A stretch of DNA of 64,000 bases. Source: Bacilli bacterium (GTDB lineage Bacteria > Bacillota_I > Bacilli_A > ML615J-28 > CAG-698). The DNA is taken from positions 74,947 through 138,946 of the forward strand of contig JBMNLY010000001.1 of the NCBI GenBank assembly GCA_050953045.1, written 5' to 3'. Of the stretch, positions 55,746 through 64,000 are shown in pieces (position 1 is the first letter of the stretch; each line of letters begins with the position of its first letter). The translations under genes and the position numbers were made by a program. The notes below the pieces were generated by a model, which saw nothing but the letters and a program-made list of their open reading frames with translations, ran no database searches and had not been told where the DNA came from.

Positions 55746-56333
55746 GTGGAAATGTTGAAATATTTAAAAATTAATTATCAAACCATAATTTTAATACTTG
55801 CCTTAATTGTGCTCGGAATTTTTTGTATTATGCTTAAGGGCGAAAATTTCATTGAAATCTTTTCCTATCTAGCTGCGGGAATCTTAATGCTCGTAGGTAT
55901 TTCAATGATTGTCTTTTCTATCCGTTATCATGATTATTTGCAGGGCGGTAGATTCTTGGATAGGTCCGTCGGTTATTTTACTTACGGAACCGTCTTACTT
56001 GCTTTTGCTCTGTTAATTATTATCTACCCTGAATATTTAGTGCGGATCATTATCGGAATTTCTTTAATAATTTTTCCGACTATCCGCTTAATTCAAGCCG
56101 AAGACAAAAAAAGATTTTTACGTTATAATTTTTGGAAATTCTTAATCGGAATTATTTTTATTATTGCCGTGGATGTTATTCTAGAAATTTTATTTGATTT
56201 TCTTGGAATTGCTTTTATTGCTGGCGCCATCTTTTTAATCGTTATGCTTGTTAGAAACTATAATAATAAAGAAGAACCGAATTTATTTTCAAAATACATT
56301 GTTTATATTATTAAACAACAAAATAAGGAGTAA
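55746..56333 (+). CDS. HdeD/DUF308-like membrane protein
   Basis: 195 aa with repeated short TM hairpins (GILMLVGISMIVFSI…, GIAFIAGAIFLIVMLV). Confidence 0.45.
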   Translation: MEMLKYLKINYQTIILILALIVLGIFCIMLKGENFIEIFSYLAAGILMLVGISMIVFSIRYHDYLQGGRFLDRSVGYFTYGTVLLAFALLIIIYPEYLVRIIIGISLIIFPTIRLIQAEDKKRFLRYNFWKFLIGIIFIIAVDVILEILFDFLGIAFIAGAIFLIVMLVRNYNNKEEPNLFSKYIVYIIKQQNKE

Positions 56334-56335
56334 GT

Positions 56336-57076
56336 ATGGGAAAAATAGACTTGGCGATTATTATCATAATGCTGCTTTTTGTGCTTTTTGGCTTTATAAA
56401 GGGTTTTATGAAACAAATACTTTCCGTAGCCAATTGGCTTTTAAGTTTAATTGGTTCTTTTCTGTTCGTTAAACCTTTTTCAGCATTACTATCAAAAACA
56501 GCAATCGCAACTTCAATTAATGGAAAAGTTGCAAATTGGATTGCAACAAAAGGTGCGACTTTCAATGAGATGATTGAACCCGGACGCATCAAAGAACAAA
56601 TTGCTCAGGGGATATCTGAACTAGGGCTTCCAAAGTTTATTGCGGAGGCGATCGCAAGTGGGATTAATATTGGCGGTGCCGAAGGCGATATGACGCTTGC
56701 GGAAGTATTAGCGCCCTCAATCGGAAGCATTATTTTGACCGTTGTTAGCTTTATTATGCTGTTTATTCTCTTGATGATTATCTTAAAAATCATCTTTAAT
56801 CTCTTGAACAATGTCTTTGATGAAGGTATTTTAGGTGCAGTCAATAGACTCTTGGGTGGCGTCTTGGGTTTAATCAAAGGCGGCGTTTTGGTTTCGCTTG
56901 TAATGTTGTTACTTTCAACAATAAGCGGAATCATCCCTGCCCTAAACAATTTTTTGGTTGCCGATCTGGATTCAGGAATAGGCATCGGAAAATTCTTTTA
57001 CGAAAACAATCCATTACTGGTTTTAGTTAAAGGCTCATTTAATTTTAAAGACATATTTGCAAAGATATTTAATTAG
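56336..57076 (+). CDS. cvpA: CvpA-family membrane protein (stand-alone)
   Basis: N-terminus …IIIIMLLFVLFGFIKGFMKQILSVANWLLSLIGSFLF… is the CvpA signature, parallel to the N-terminus of the 9223 gene. Confidence 0.75.
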   Translation: MGKIDLAIIIIMLLFVLFGFIKGFMKQILSVANWLLSLIGSFLFVKPFSALLSKTAIATSINGKVANWIATKGATFNEMIEPGRIKEQIAQGISELGLPKFIAEAIASGINIGGAEGDMTLAEVLAPSIGSIILTVVSFIMLFILLMIILKIIFNLLNNVFDEGILGAVNRLLGGVLGLIKGGVLVSLVMLLLSTISGIIPALNNFLVADLDSGIGIGKFFYENNPLLVLVKGSFNFKDIFAKIFN

Positions 57077-57123
57077 ATATTTTTTAAAATTTTGATATAA
57101 TAATTCTCAAGAATGGAGGATTT

Positions 57124-57927
57124 ATGGATTCTTTACTAGAAAATACTTGGTTAATTATTATTATCGGGATTAGTTTTGTTTTTGTGATGACTTCTTTAGG
57201 TGCGGCTTTGGTTTTCTTTTTCCGTAAAAACATCTCAAAAAACCTAAACAGAATCTTTTTAGGATTTGCTGCGGGGGTAATGATCGCTGCTTCAGTCTGG
57301 TCACTTTTAATACCCGCTATCGAAAGTGCGGAAGAACAAAATATTCCCGGTTATATTCCCGCCGTTATCGGCTTTATAGCAGGTGGATTTTTCCTCTTGC
57401 TGATTGATAAATTATTGCCTCATATACATCCGCGTGCGGGTGTTCAGGAAGGTGTAAAAAGCTCTTTCCAGAGAACGACGATGCTGGTCTTTGCAGTTAC
57501 GCTTCATAATATTCCAGAAGGTTTGGCGGTCGGTCTATCCTTTGGTCTGGCTTTAAAAACTGGCGATGCTACTTTGCTCGCTTCCGCATTAGCTCTTTCA
57601 ATCGGTATCGGTTTACAAAACTTTCCGGAAGGAGCGGCGATTTCTCTTCCCTTAAAAAATGAAAACATCTCTAATCGCAAAGCTTTCATCCTCGGAAGTT
57701 TAAGCGGAATTGTAGAACCGATTGCTGCTGTGCTAGGTATCTTGCTTGCTTCCTGGCTACCAGCCGTGATGCCTTGGTTTTTGGCTTTTGCTGCAGGAGC
57801 GATGATTTATGTGGTTGCGGAAGAGTTAATACCCGAAGCGCAACTTGATTCACATTCAAACATCGGAACCATTGCGGTGATGGTCGGGTTTGCAGTGATG
57901 ATGCTACTTGATGTCGCTTTAGGATAA
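57124..57927 (+). CDS. zupT: ZIP-family zinc transporter
   Basis: HNIPEGLAVG signature and 8 TM helices. Confidence 0.8.
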   Translation: MDSLLENTWLIIIIGISFVFVMTSLGAALVFFFRKNISKNLNRIFLGFAAGVMIAASVWSLLIPAIESAEEQNIPGYIPAVIGFIAGGFFLLLIDKLLPHIHPRAGVQEGVKSSFQRTTMLVFAVTLHNIPEGLAVGLSFGLALKTGDATLLASALALSIGIGLQNFPEGAAISLPLKNENISNRKAFILGSLSGIVEPIAAVLGILLASWLPAVMPWFLAFAAGAMIYVVAEELIPEAQLDSHSNIGTIAVMVGFAVMMLLDVALG

Positions 57928-57930
57928 AAA

Positions 57931-57966
57931 AAGCTAAGAAATAATTTTTTTTCTTAGCTTTTTTGA
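57931..57966. terminator. Bidirectional terminator
   Basis: AAGCTAAGAA…TTCTTAGCTT followed by TTTT. Confidence 0.55.
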
Positions 57967-58006
57967 TTCAATTGATTATATTACAACTATCAGAAATTCA
58001 AGGCAA

Positions 58007-58840
58007 TTAGAAGAATAACCCATCATTTAGTTCTTGACCGCAATAGTAGCAATATGTTTTTTCCCCAGGAGCTGCATATCCAATACAGGGTTTTATACTA
58101 CTCACTCCACAAAAACAAATTTCATAATGTCTTTTCATTCCATATAACGGAGCGGCTGGAAAATATTCAAATAAGTGTTCTTCACTAAATATTATATAAT
58201 AAACTTCGCTAGTATAAACACGATCTGTAGCTTCAAAAATGAAATCAGCCTCTGGATTGTCATAGTCTGAAGGATAAGCATACTCATTGATCCAATACAT
58301 ATCCTCAGGGTGATGCAAATATCTCAGAACAGCATAGCGACCAGGCTTATGATACCAGTATCCATCTTCAGGATTATATCTCATAAAGTGATAATCATTA
58401 TGATACCACTGGTCACCATACGACCTTCTAATGGCGATTAGAGTTTGATTATCCTGAAGAACTGCTGGTTGATTAGGTGTAACAATTACATGTTTATATC
58501 CTAGCTTGATTAAATCTTCTTTAACGGCATTTGCTAAAAATTCAATATTGCTGTGTACATTAAAATTAACAGGTTCTGAAAAATCTCCTATTTCATATTG
58601 AACATAATTTTCCGAGTAATCTTCTGGCAAATCTGTTTCTCCTATAGCATATGCATAACAGTTAAAATGTAGAAAAGTATTATCCCATTCTACAACCTCA
58701 TTATACTGTAGTGCTTCGAGTTCATAAACTACTGGATCTTCTACCTTAATGTCATTATCAATAAATAGCGAGTGAAAAGTTTCTGCAGATGACGGCTTAG
58801 TGTTTGCATTAATTGGATGTGTAGATAAAACAGAGAACAA
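58007..58840 (-). CDS. Hypothetical secreted protein with a Cys-rich C-terminus; the N-terminal signal peptide is out of frame
   Basis: ORF ends …CFCGVSSIKPCIGYAAPGEKTYCYYCGQELNDGLFF. The upstream in-frame extension (IFFLCLSFVAVLF…) looks like a signal peptide but has no in-frame start. Confidence 0.5.
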   Translation of the reverse strand: MFSVLSTHPINANTKPSSAETFHSLFIDNDIKVEDPVVYELEALQYNEVVEWDNTFLHFNCYAYAIGETDLPEDYSENYVQYEIGDFSEPVNFNVHSNIEFLANAVKEDLIKLGYKHVIVTPNQPAVLQDNQTLIAIRRSYGDQWYHNDYHFMRYNPEDGYWYHKPGRYAVLRYLHHPEDMYWINEYAYPSDYDNPEADFIFEATDRVYTSEVYYIIFSEEHLFEYFPAAPLYGMKRHYEICFCGVSSIKPCIGYAAPGEKTYCYYCGQELNDGLFF

Positions 58841-59415
58841 AACAGCAACAAAGCTTAAGCATAGGAAAAAAATCTGTGAAAATATATTTTTGTAAAAACA
58901 TTTTTCTTAGATTTCATATTAAAAAATTCTCCTTTTTTATATTCTTAATGTAAACTTCGTGCTTGGTGTTAATAAGTGATTCCGAAATTTGACCATTTTA
59001 AATATTAAAAATATATTTCTTACTCATATTGGACCACAAAATCATTAGTTTTTAAAATTGAACATTTTCCGGTCACTTTTATATGATATAGTTTAAAATG
59101 TCACTTAATAATTTGCAAAAATAAAGTTTTACTATTTTCAACTCGCTAGCTCATATTTAATAAGATTCCCCCTTCCATAATTATTACAATATTGCTTTAA
59201 TTCTTAAGTAAGTATTTCAGATAATCAAAACCCATTTAAAGTCAGAAACTCATAGTAACAAAAACAATACTAATCCATTAGAAAATGCATGTTGTTAAAC
59301 TATTTAGTATAAGGTATCCTTGTCCTAACCTCAAATTTGTTCAAATAACTCCATTAAACCTTACCGAGCACGCAAAACGCCATATAAATTCTTTATATAA
59401 ATTGAAAATATAATA

Positions 59416-59442
59416 ACAGAAAAATCCCGGATGATCGGGATT
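59416..59442 (-). terminator. Rho-independent terminator (minus strand)
   Basis: Minus strand reads AATCCCG-ATCATC-CGGGATT followed by TTTTC. Confidence 0.5.
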
Positions 59443-59602
59443 AATTTCAAAAGTTTCACCTCAACATCCTTCCTCAATAATATTATACCAAATATTTTCC
59501 TAGTTTGAAGTCTTTTTATATAAAGAAATAGAAACTCCTAAATAAAAATTAGCACTAATATAGAACAGATTCTCTAAGATAATAGCTCAAGAAAAACTAA
59601 AA

Positions 59603-59641
59603 GGCATAACATCCTATATATTTCAGGTGTTATGCCTTATT
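59603..59641 (-). terminator. Rho-independent terminator for the GNAT gene
   Basis: 11-bp stem AAGGCATAACA / TGTTATGCCTT. On the minus strand it is followed by TTTTAGTTTTT. Confidence 0.5.
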
Positions 59642-59699
59642 TCGTATAATATACAAATAAAATTTTAGGTTATCATACAAATACTTTATATTACCATGA

Positions 59700-60176
59700 T
59701 CATACTTCTTTGTTTGCAAACTCCCATTCAAATATACAAACTTCCCTTTCACCCTCTAGATACATATCATTATAAGGTGGTAATTTCGCTATTTCGATAA
59801 GTTTTAGTCCCAATTTCTCACAGGTTCTGCGTGATGGAATATTATTTGGATTACAGGTAATATAGAGTTTTTTCATCTCATGTGCACTTGCAACTTGTTT
59901 AATTAAACGGCAGGCTTTTAAGGCATAATTATTTCCTCGAAATTGTTCAAATACAGTATAGCCGATGTGACCCCCATAATACAAACTTTCTGTATAACCA
60001 ATACGAATGTCTATAAAGCCAACATTCGTATTTGTATTGTGAAGAAAAATATTATACTTATATGCTGGAACATAACCTTTTTCAGTATTTGCTGGGATTT
60101 TTGCTTTTATCCGTAAATCTATCTCATAATCAGATAATAAATCTATGTTTTTAAATTCAAACATCATACTCAACAT
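59700..60176 (-). CDS. GNAT-family N-acetyltransferase
   Basis: 158 aa with acetyl-CoA-binding motif A (RGNNYALKACRLIKQVA). Confidence 0.65.
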   Translation of the reverse strand: MLSMMFEFKNIDLLSDYEIDLRIKAKIPANTEKGYVPAYKYNIFLHNTNTNVGFIDIRIGYTESLYYGGHIGYTVFEQFRGNNYALKACRLIKQVASAHEMKKLYITCNPNNIPSRRTCEKLGLKLIEIAKLPPYNDMYLEGEREVCIFEWEFANKEV

Positions 60177-60295
60177 TTAATTCCTTGTTTTCTTATTTAT
60201 ATATTGTTGCTTTACGTTAATCTCTTAACACTCTCTTTAATTAGGTATCATAACATATGACATCTTAGCTTTATACTTTTTGAATTAAATACAAA

Positions 60296-61279
60296 TTAGC
60301 CTTCCGGTGGAATATTATCGACAACTCGGATAGTTACAACTTCACTTTCAATACCGTTTACTATGGCAATCACTTGTATTTCTGAACCGGCAATCGCGTC
60401 GTTTGAAGCAAATAACAAATTTCCTGATAGATGCACTCCCGTTGGTGCAGTGATTATTTTAAATTGAGTATAGATAACATCGGCATTTTCGGGGTAAATA
60501 TAAGCATTTAAATTCAAAATCGAATTTTTAACTAGGTAGTTTTTCTCAGGAATAAGTTGTACCGTTTCAACGGGAATTTGAGTGATGGTAATTTTATAAG
60601 CACCGCTGCTTTTCGGATTTGCCGTGGCGGAAAGGTACAATTCCGCTCCAAATGGCGCTTTATCATTAATTGTTAATTTTCCGTCCGCATCAATTTTTGC
60701 AAACCTTCCAAAGTTTTGTTCACTTGATGCAAGGTTAAGTCTTGCTTCCTTAACAGTTGCGTTTTCCGGCATTATCACTGCTTTTAGGTATAAAACAGTG
60801 TTTCTTGTAACTGTTATTTCTTTTTCAAGTGGCATATTTGTTTCCGCATTATAAATCTCGATGCTCTCTATGTGAATAAAGTCATCCTGATAATAATCTG
60901 GATAATTATTATCACCTTCTATGTTCTCCCTACCGTAATTTCCACTCTCACTTAATTTTTCGTTGGAAATAGTCTCAATCAATGGGGGAGTCTCGTCTTC
61001 ATAATCCTGTGTTTGCTCTAATTTATCAAATTCAGAGACATCATCGGAATTTATTTCTTCTGTAATATTTATATCATCATTTCTGTCGTTAACGTATGTG
61101 GCTTCATTATTGAGATTATTTTCACCAAGAGCATCTTGGACCGAATATTCAGTTTTGTGTGTTGCCGACTTGACCGGGAATGAGGAGTCATTTTTCGTAT
61201 CTACGCAAGCTGCAGCTAAGCCTAGCAAAGCAATAGCTAAAAACAAAATAATGAATTTTTTCATATTATTACCTCTCAT
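60296..61279 (-). CDS. Lipoprotein with two Ig-like (Big_2-type) domains
   Basis: Signal peptide with lipobox LGLAAAC. Acidic low-complexity linker, then two roughly 80-aa repeats (…LYLKAVIMPENATVKEARL… / …LNLNAYIYPENADVIYTQFKI…). Confidence 0.6.
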   Translation of the reverse strand: MRGNNMKKFIILFLAIALLGLAAACVDTKNDSSFPVKSATHKTEYSVQDALGENNLNNEATYVNDRNDDINITEEINSDDVSEFDKLEQTQDYEDETPPLIETISNEKLSESGNYGRENIEGDNNYPDYYQDDFIHIESIEIYNAETNMPLEKEITVTRNTVLYLKAVIMPENATVKEARLNLASSEQNFGRFAKIDADGKLTINDKAPFGAELYLSATANPKSSGAYKITITQIPVETVQLIPEKNYLVKNSILNLNAYIYPENADVIYTQFKIITAPTGVHLSGNLLFASNDAIAGSEIQVIAIVNGIESEVVTIRVVDNIPPEG

Positions 61280-61322
61280 TAATATTTATGCAATAACTTT
61301 TATAAAAGTTCTGGGACATTCT

Positions 61323-61344
61323 TAATAAACTGAAAAATCCCGGA
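61323..61344 (-). terminator. Rho-independent terminator (minus strand), paralogous to 59416-59442
   Basis: Minus strand reads TCCCGG-GTAT-CCGGGA followed by TTTTTC. Confidence 0.5.
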
Positions 61345-61539
61345 TACCCGGGACAAATAGCACATATATTTCCCCGAAAATAATAGCATCCTTCCCAATA
61401 ACATTATACAAATTATTTCCAAAAAATTCAAGGGCTATCAAGGAAATGTTATAGATTTAAAACGGAAAAAATAAAGGTAAATAATAAAAAAAGCATTCAG
61501 AATTTATTGAATGCTTTTATTGATTAAGATTATCTTTTT

Positions 61540-62937
61540 TTAGTAATTGATATAGTAACCGATAATTAAGAATCCGACCGTAAGCAAGAGTACAATGATT
61601 TGCATAAGCCAGGTCTTTTTAATCCATTTGCTGTAGCTAAATGAAGCCATGCCAAGCGCAATTAAGAGAACAGGATTTGTGGGATAAATCAAATCCGTAT
61701 ACCCATCCGCAAACACAAAACTGAGTAAGGCGAGATTTTGGGTAATTCCGACTTCTTTCGCCAGGATGGAGATAATCGGAATAATTAAGACGACCTTGGC
61801 ACTTGCGGAACCGATGAAGAACTGGATAACTAAGACCAAAAGATAGATAAAGAGTACTCCCAGGATCGGGCTTTGGCCTTTAAAGGCATTTGAAATCTTT
61901 TCAATTATCGTTGCCATGATTTTCGCATCGTCTAAGATGAATTTGATTGAGCCGGCAAGCATCAACATAATGATGGCCGGACTCATGCTGACAATTCCGG
62001 AACCAAACATCTTTAATGATTTATTAAACGGGATTCTTAAACAGGCGGTTGATATAAAGATTCCGACTAAGAAAGTTACAGCGATAATCGGAATTGAATA
62101 ACCACTAAAGACGGGTATTGTTGAAGAGATGACGATGGATAGCAAAACAGCTATAAAGAAGCATGTATAAACTTTTAAGATGCTTTGATCATATTCACCA
62201 AGAGTAACAGAATTTAAATTATCTCTTTTTACTTGATCGCTTTCGTATGTTGGTGATGAGGTTGGATCTTTTTCGATTTTCTTTACATGAAGCCGCATAA
62301 AGACACAAAGGAAAAGATACATAATGATAAAGAGAATAATTCGATACCAGATATTTTCCGTACTGCTAATTCCCATTTTTTCGCTTCCAAGGCCGATTGA
62401 AAAGGGATTGGTGATTGCGGTTGAAAAACCAAATCCTGCAGCTAAAAGACACATTCCGAGTCCGGTAAAAGTATCCCAACCGAGCGAAAGCGCAAGGAGA
62501 ATAATAATCGGAAGTAATGTTACCGACTCTTCAAAGATTCCGAACAAAGCTCCGAAGAGCATGAAACAAAGAATAACGACATACATGAGACGGTATTTAT
62601 GATTACGAAATCTTTTAATTAATTATCCGATAATGGAACTGATGCCTCCGGTTTCATTCATAATATTAAAGGAACCGGCAAGAATCAAAATAAAAATAGC
62701 AATGGCGATGACATCGATTCCGTCCGATGATGCAAGGAGTCGAAACGGTGCGGTGAGAAATGAGAAAAAGGAATAACCGCGTCCCGGTAAGGCTTTATAG
62801 ATTAAATCATCACCGATATGTTCGCCTTTGTTGATAAAAAATGTTAAGACATAAGCAAGCACCATGAAACTTATCAAGATGGCACAGACGGTAATAAAAG
62901 AACGTTTATTGATGCGTAGAATTTTTTCTTTTTCCAT
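61540..62937 (-). pseudogene. YfcC-family transporter gene interrupted by a single in-frame TAA
   Basis: ORFs 62937..62623 and 62586..61540 are in the same frame, separated by one ochre codon (plus-strand TTA at 62623-62625). The joined product is about 465 aa and resembles the YfcC family. Confidence 0.55.
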
Positions 62938-62943
62938 AATTGT

Positions 62944-64000
62944 TTATTCCTCTACAACTCTTACTTTTTCTAGATATTTATTGTACATAGCTTCGCCGAC
63001 AACCGACCATTTTACACATTCACGGATATTTTCCGGAATAAAGTAGTAAAGCGTATTGTCATGATAGATTTCAAAGTCTTCATTGATTCCGAAAAGTATG
63101 GCCGGTATGTTTTCGATTTTAAAATAAACGGTTTTAAGTTCGCCGTTGATTGTTCCGGTATAAGTTACACCTTTTTCGGTCATTACCGTCACGCCTTCAC
63201 CGACTTTTGTAAAACCTTTGCCGGCAGGATCCGGGAATTTTAAGGTGACTCTGCTTTCCAAGAGATAATTAACCCTTTCTACATTTTTCTTTTCCACCGC
63301 TTTTTGATACAAATACCAATCGCGGATGTTTTTCGGTATTAAGGGGTTGTCTGCTTCAAATTCATAATAATTATTCAAATGCACATGTACACCACAAGAA
63401 CTGCAAGTTAAATCATTGCCTTTGGCGCTAAAGGTAAATTCCTCTTTACAGACGGGGCAGATATAAAGGAGATGCTCAAGCCCTTCCGCTAAGTTCTTAC
63501 CTTTATAATAGATTTTCTTTTCTTCCTGCCACTTGAAATCATCATAGTAAAGTTTTTCATTTAAAACTTGTTTGATTTCTTCGGCACTCATTTGCTTGAT
63601 TTCTTCAGCTGTTAGAATTTGTTCGTATTCAATTTCAACACGTCCCCGACGGACTTTCTTAGACCATTTCGGGAAGGTCAAATAAGCACCATTAATTTTT
63701 GCCATCACGACCGGCACTCCCAAATGCTTTACAAGTTTCTCGGTTGCGGGTGCTAAGCTTTCCATACAACCATAAGCACTGAGTCTGCCTTCCGGAGCAA
63801 TTCCGAGAATGCCTTTGTCCCGAATAACACGTTTAATATTTTTTATTGAAGACACATCGGGATGATAGAGGAATTTCGGAAAGCCGCCCATATGATGGAG
63901 TAATCTTCCAAGGCGGTAATTGCAGAAGTAGTAGTAAGCAATGATGGAATTGATTTTTTTTGGGAATAACGGTAATAAAGCGTAAGCGAAATCAAATTTT
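62944..64000 (-). CDS. 1-acyl-sn-glycerol-3-phosphate acyltransferase (PlsC family) with a C-terminal extension; the N-terminus lies beyond the window
   Basis: GIAPEGRLS (acyltransferase motif III-like, FPEGTR). The open frame continues past 63891 to the window edge. The C-terminal half has CxxC…CxxC pairs. Confidence 0.55.
   Translation of the reverse strand, partial: KFDFAYALLPLFPKKINSIIAYYYFCNYRLGRLLHHMGGFPKFLYHPDVSSIKNIKRVIRDKGILGIAPEGRLSAYGCMESLAPATEKLVKHLGVPVVMAKINGAYLTFPKWSKKVRRGRVEIEYEQILTAEEIKQMSAEEIKQVLNEKLYYDDFKWQEEKKIYYKGKNLAEGLEHLLYICPVCKEEFTFSAKGNDLTCSSCGVHVHLNNYYEFEADNPLIPKNIRDWYLYQKAVEKKNVERVNYLLESRVTLKFPDPAGKGFTKVGEGVTVMTEKGVTYTGTINGELKTVYFKIENIPAILFGINEDFEIYHDNTLYYFIPENIRECVKWSVVGEAMYNKYLEKVRVVEE

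Noticed and set aside
1-64000. Mollicutes-type genetic code 4 (TGA read as Trp)
   Set aside because: TGA terminates well-conserved genes at the expected positions (the mraY, delta-ferredoxin and first-permease stops). mraY and murD also indicate a walled organism.
1-64000. CRISPR arrays, restriction-modification or other recognisable defence systems
   Set aside because: No direct-repeat/spacer periodicity and no methyltransferase, nuclease or Cas-like ORFs were seen anywhere in the window.

Overview
AT-rich chromosomal segment (about 33-35% GC by eye) from a low-GC, peptidoglycan-containing anaerobic bacterium. Gene content looks Firmicutes-like, possibly Erysipelotrichia or a relative. Standard code 11 applies: TGA is used as a stop codon, for example at the end of mraY. 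The window is mostly housekeeping genes. A beta-glucan (GH16) uptake operon is followed by a minimal mraY-murD fragment, nadD-nadE, pyruvate kinase and a branched-chain amino-acid fermentation operon. That operon is leucine dehydrogenase, a P-loop ATPase of unknown function, a four-subunit 2-oxoacid:ferredoxin oxidoreductase, phosphate butyryltransferase and butyrate kinase. A lysine-riboswitch-like leader controls an amino-acid ABC importer. Downstream are a sensor-less hybrid histidine kinase, yggS-sepF-yggT-ylmH-ileS without divIVA, deoC-deoD, an M16 peptidase pair, a tail-less SSB paralog, an H+-pyrophosphatase, tandem mgtE genes, the CCA-adding enzyme and zupT. The most unusual locus is a 1742-aa protein with an N-terminal CvpA-like 4-TM domain fused to a very acidic, highly repetitive region. 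It contains near-identical 240-bp tandem repeats and sits 13 bp upstream of a DarA/PstA-type c-di-AMP receptor gene, convergent with an ECF sigma/anti-sigma pair. A second stand-alone cvpA lies at 56.3 kb. Mobile DNA comprises two identical 1188-bp IS copies (IS481/rve-like single-ORF transposase) in inverted orientation at 16.5 kb and 44.2 kb. Each copy is flanked by its own approximately 25-bp direct repeat. One IS3-family element with an A10 slippery run is also present. All three sit next to tRNA genes (Cys-GCA, Gly-GCC). The 3' accessory-like end has several secreted-protein genes with apparent lesions (a poly-A frameshift, an in-frame TAA, a detached membrane anchor) and a duplicated promoter-leader-terminator module that may be a small RNA. 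No CRISPR, restriction-modification or recognisable defence genes were seen. All calls come from reading the sequence and recalled family signatures; no database search was run.
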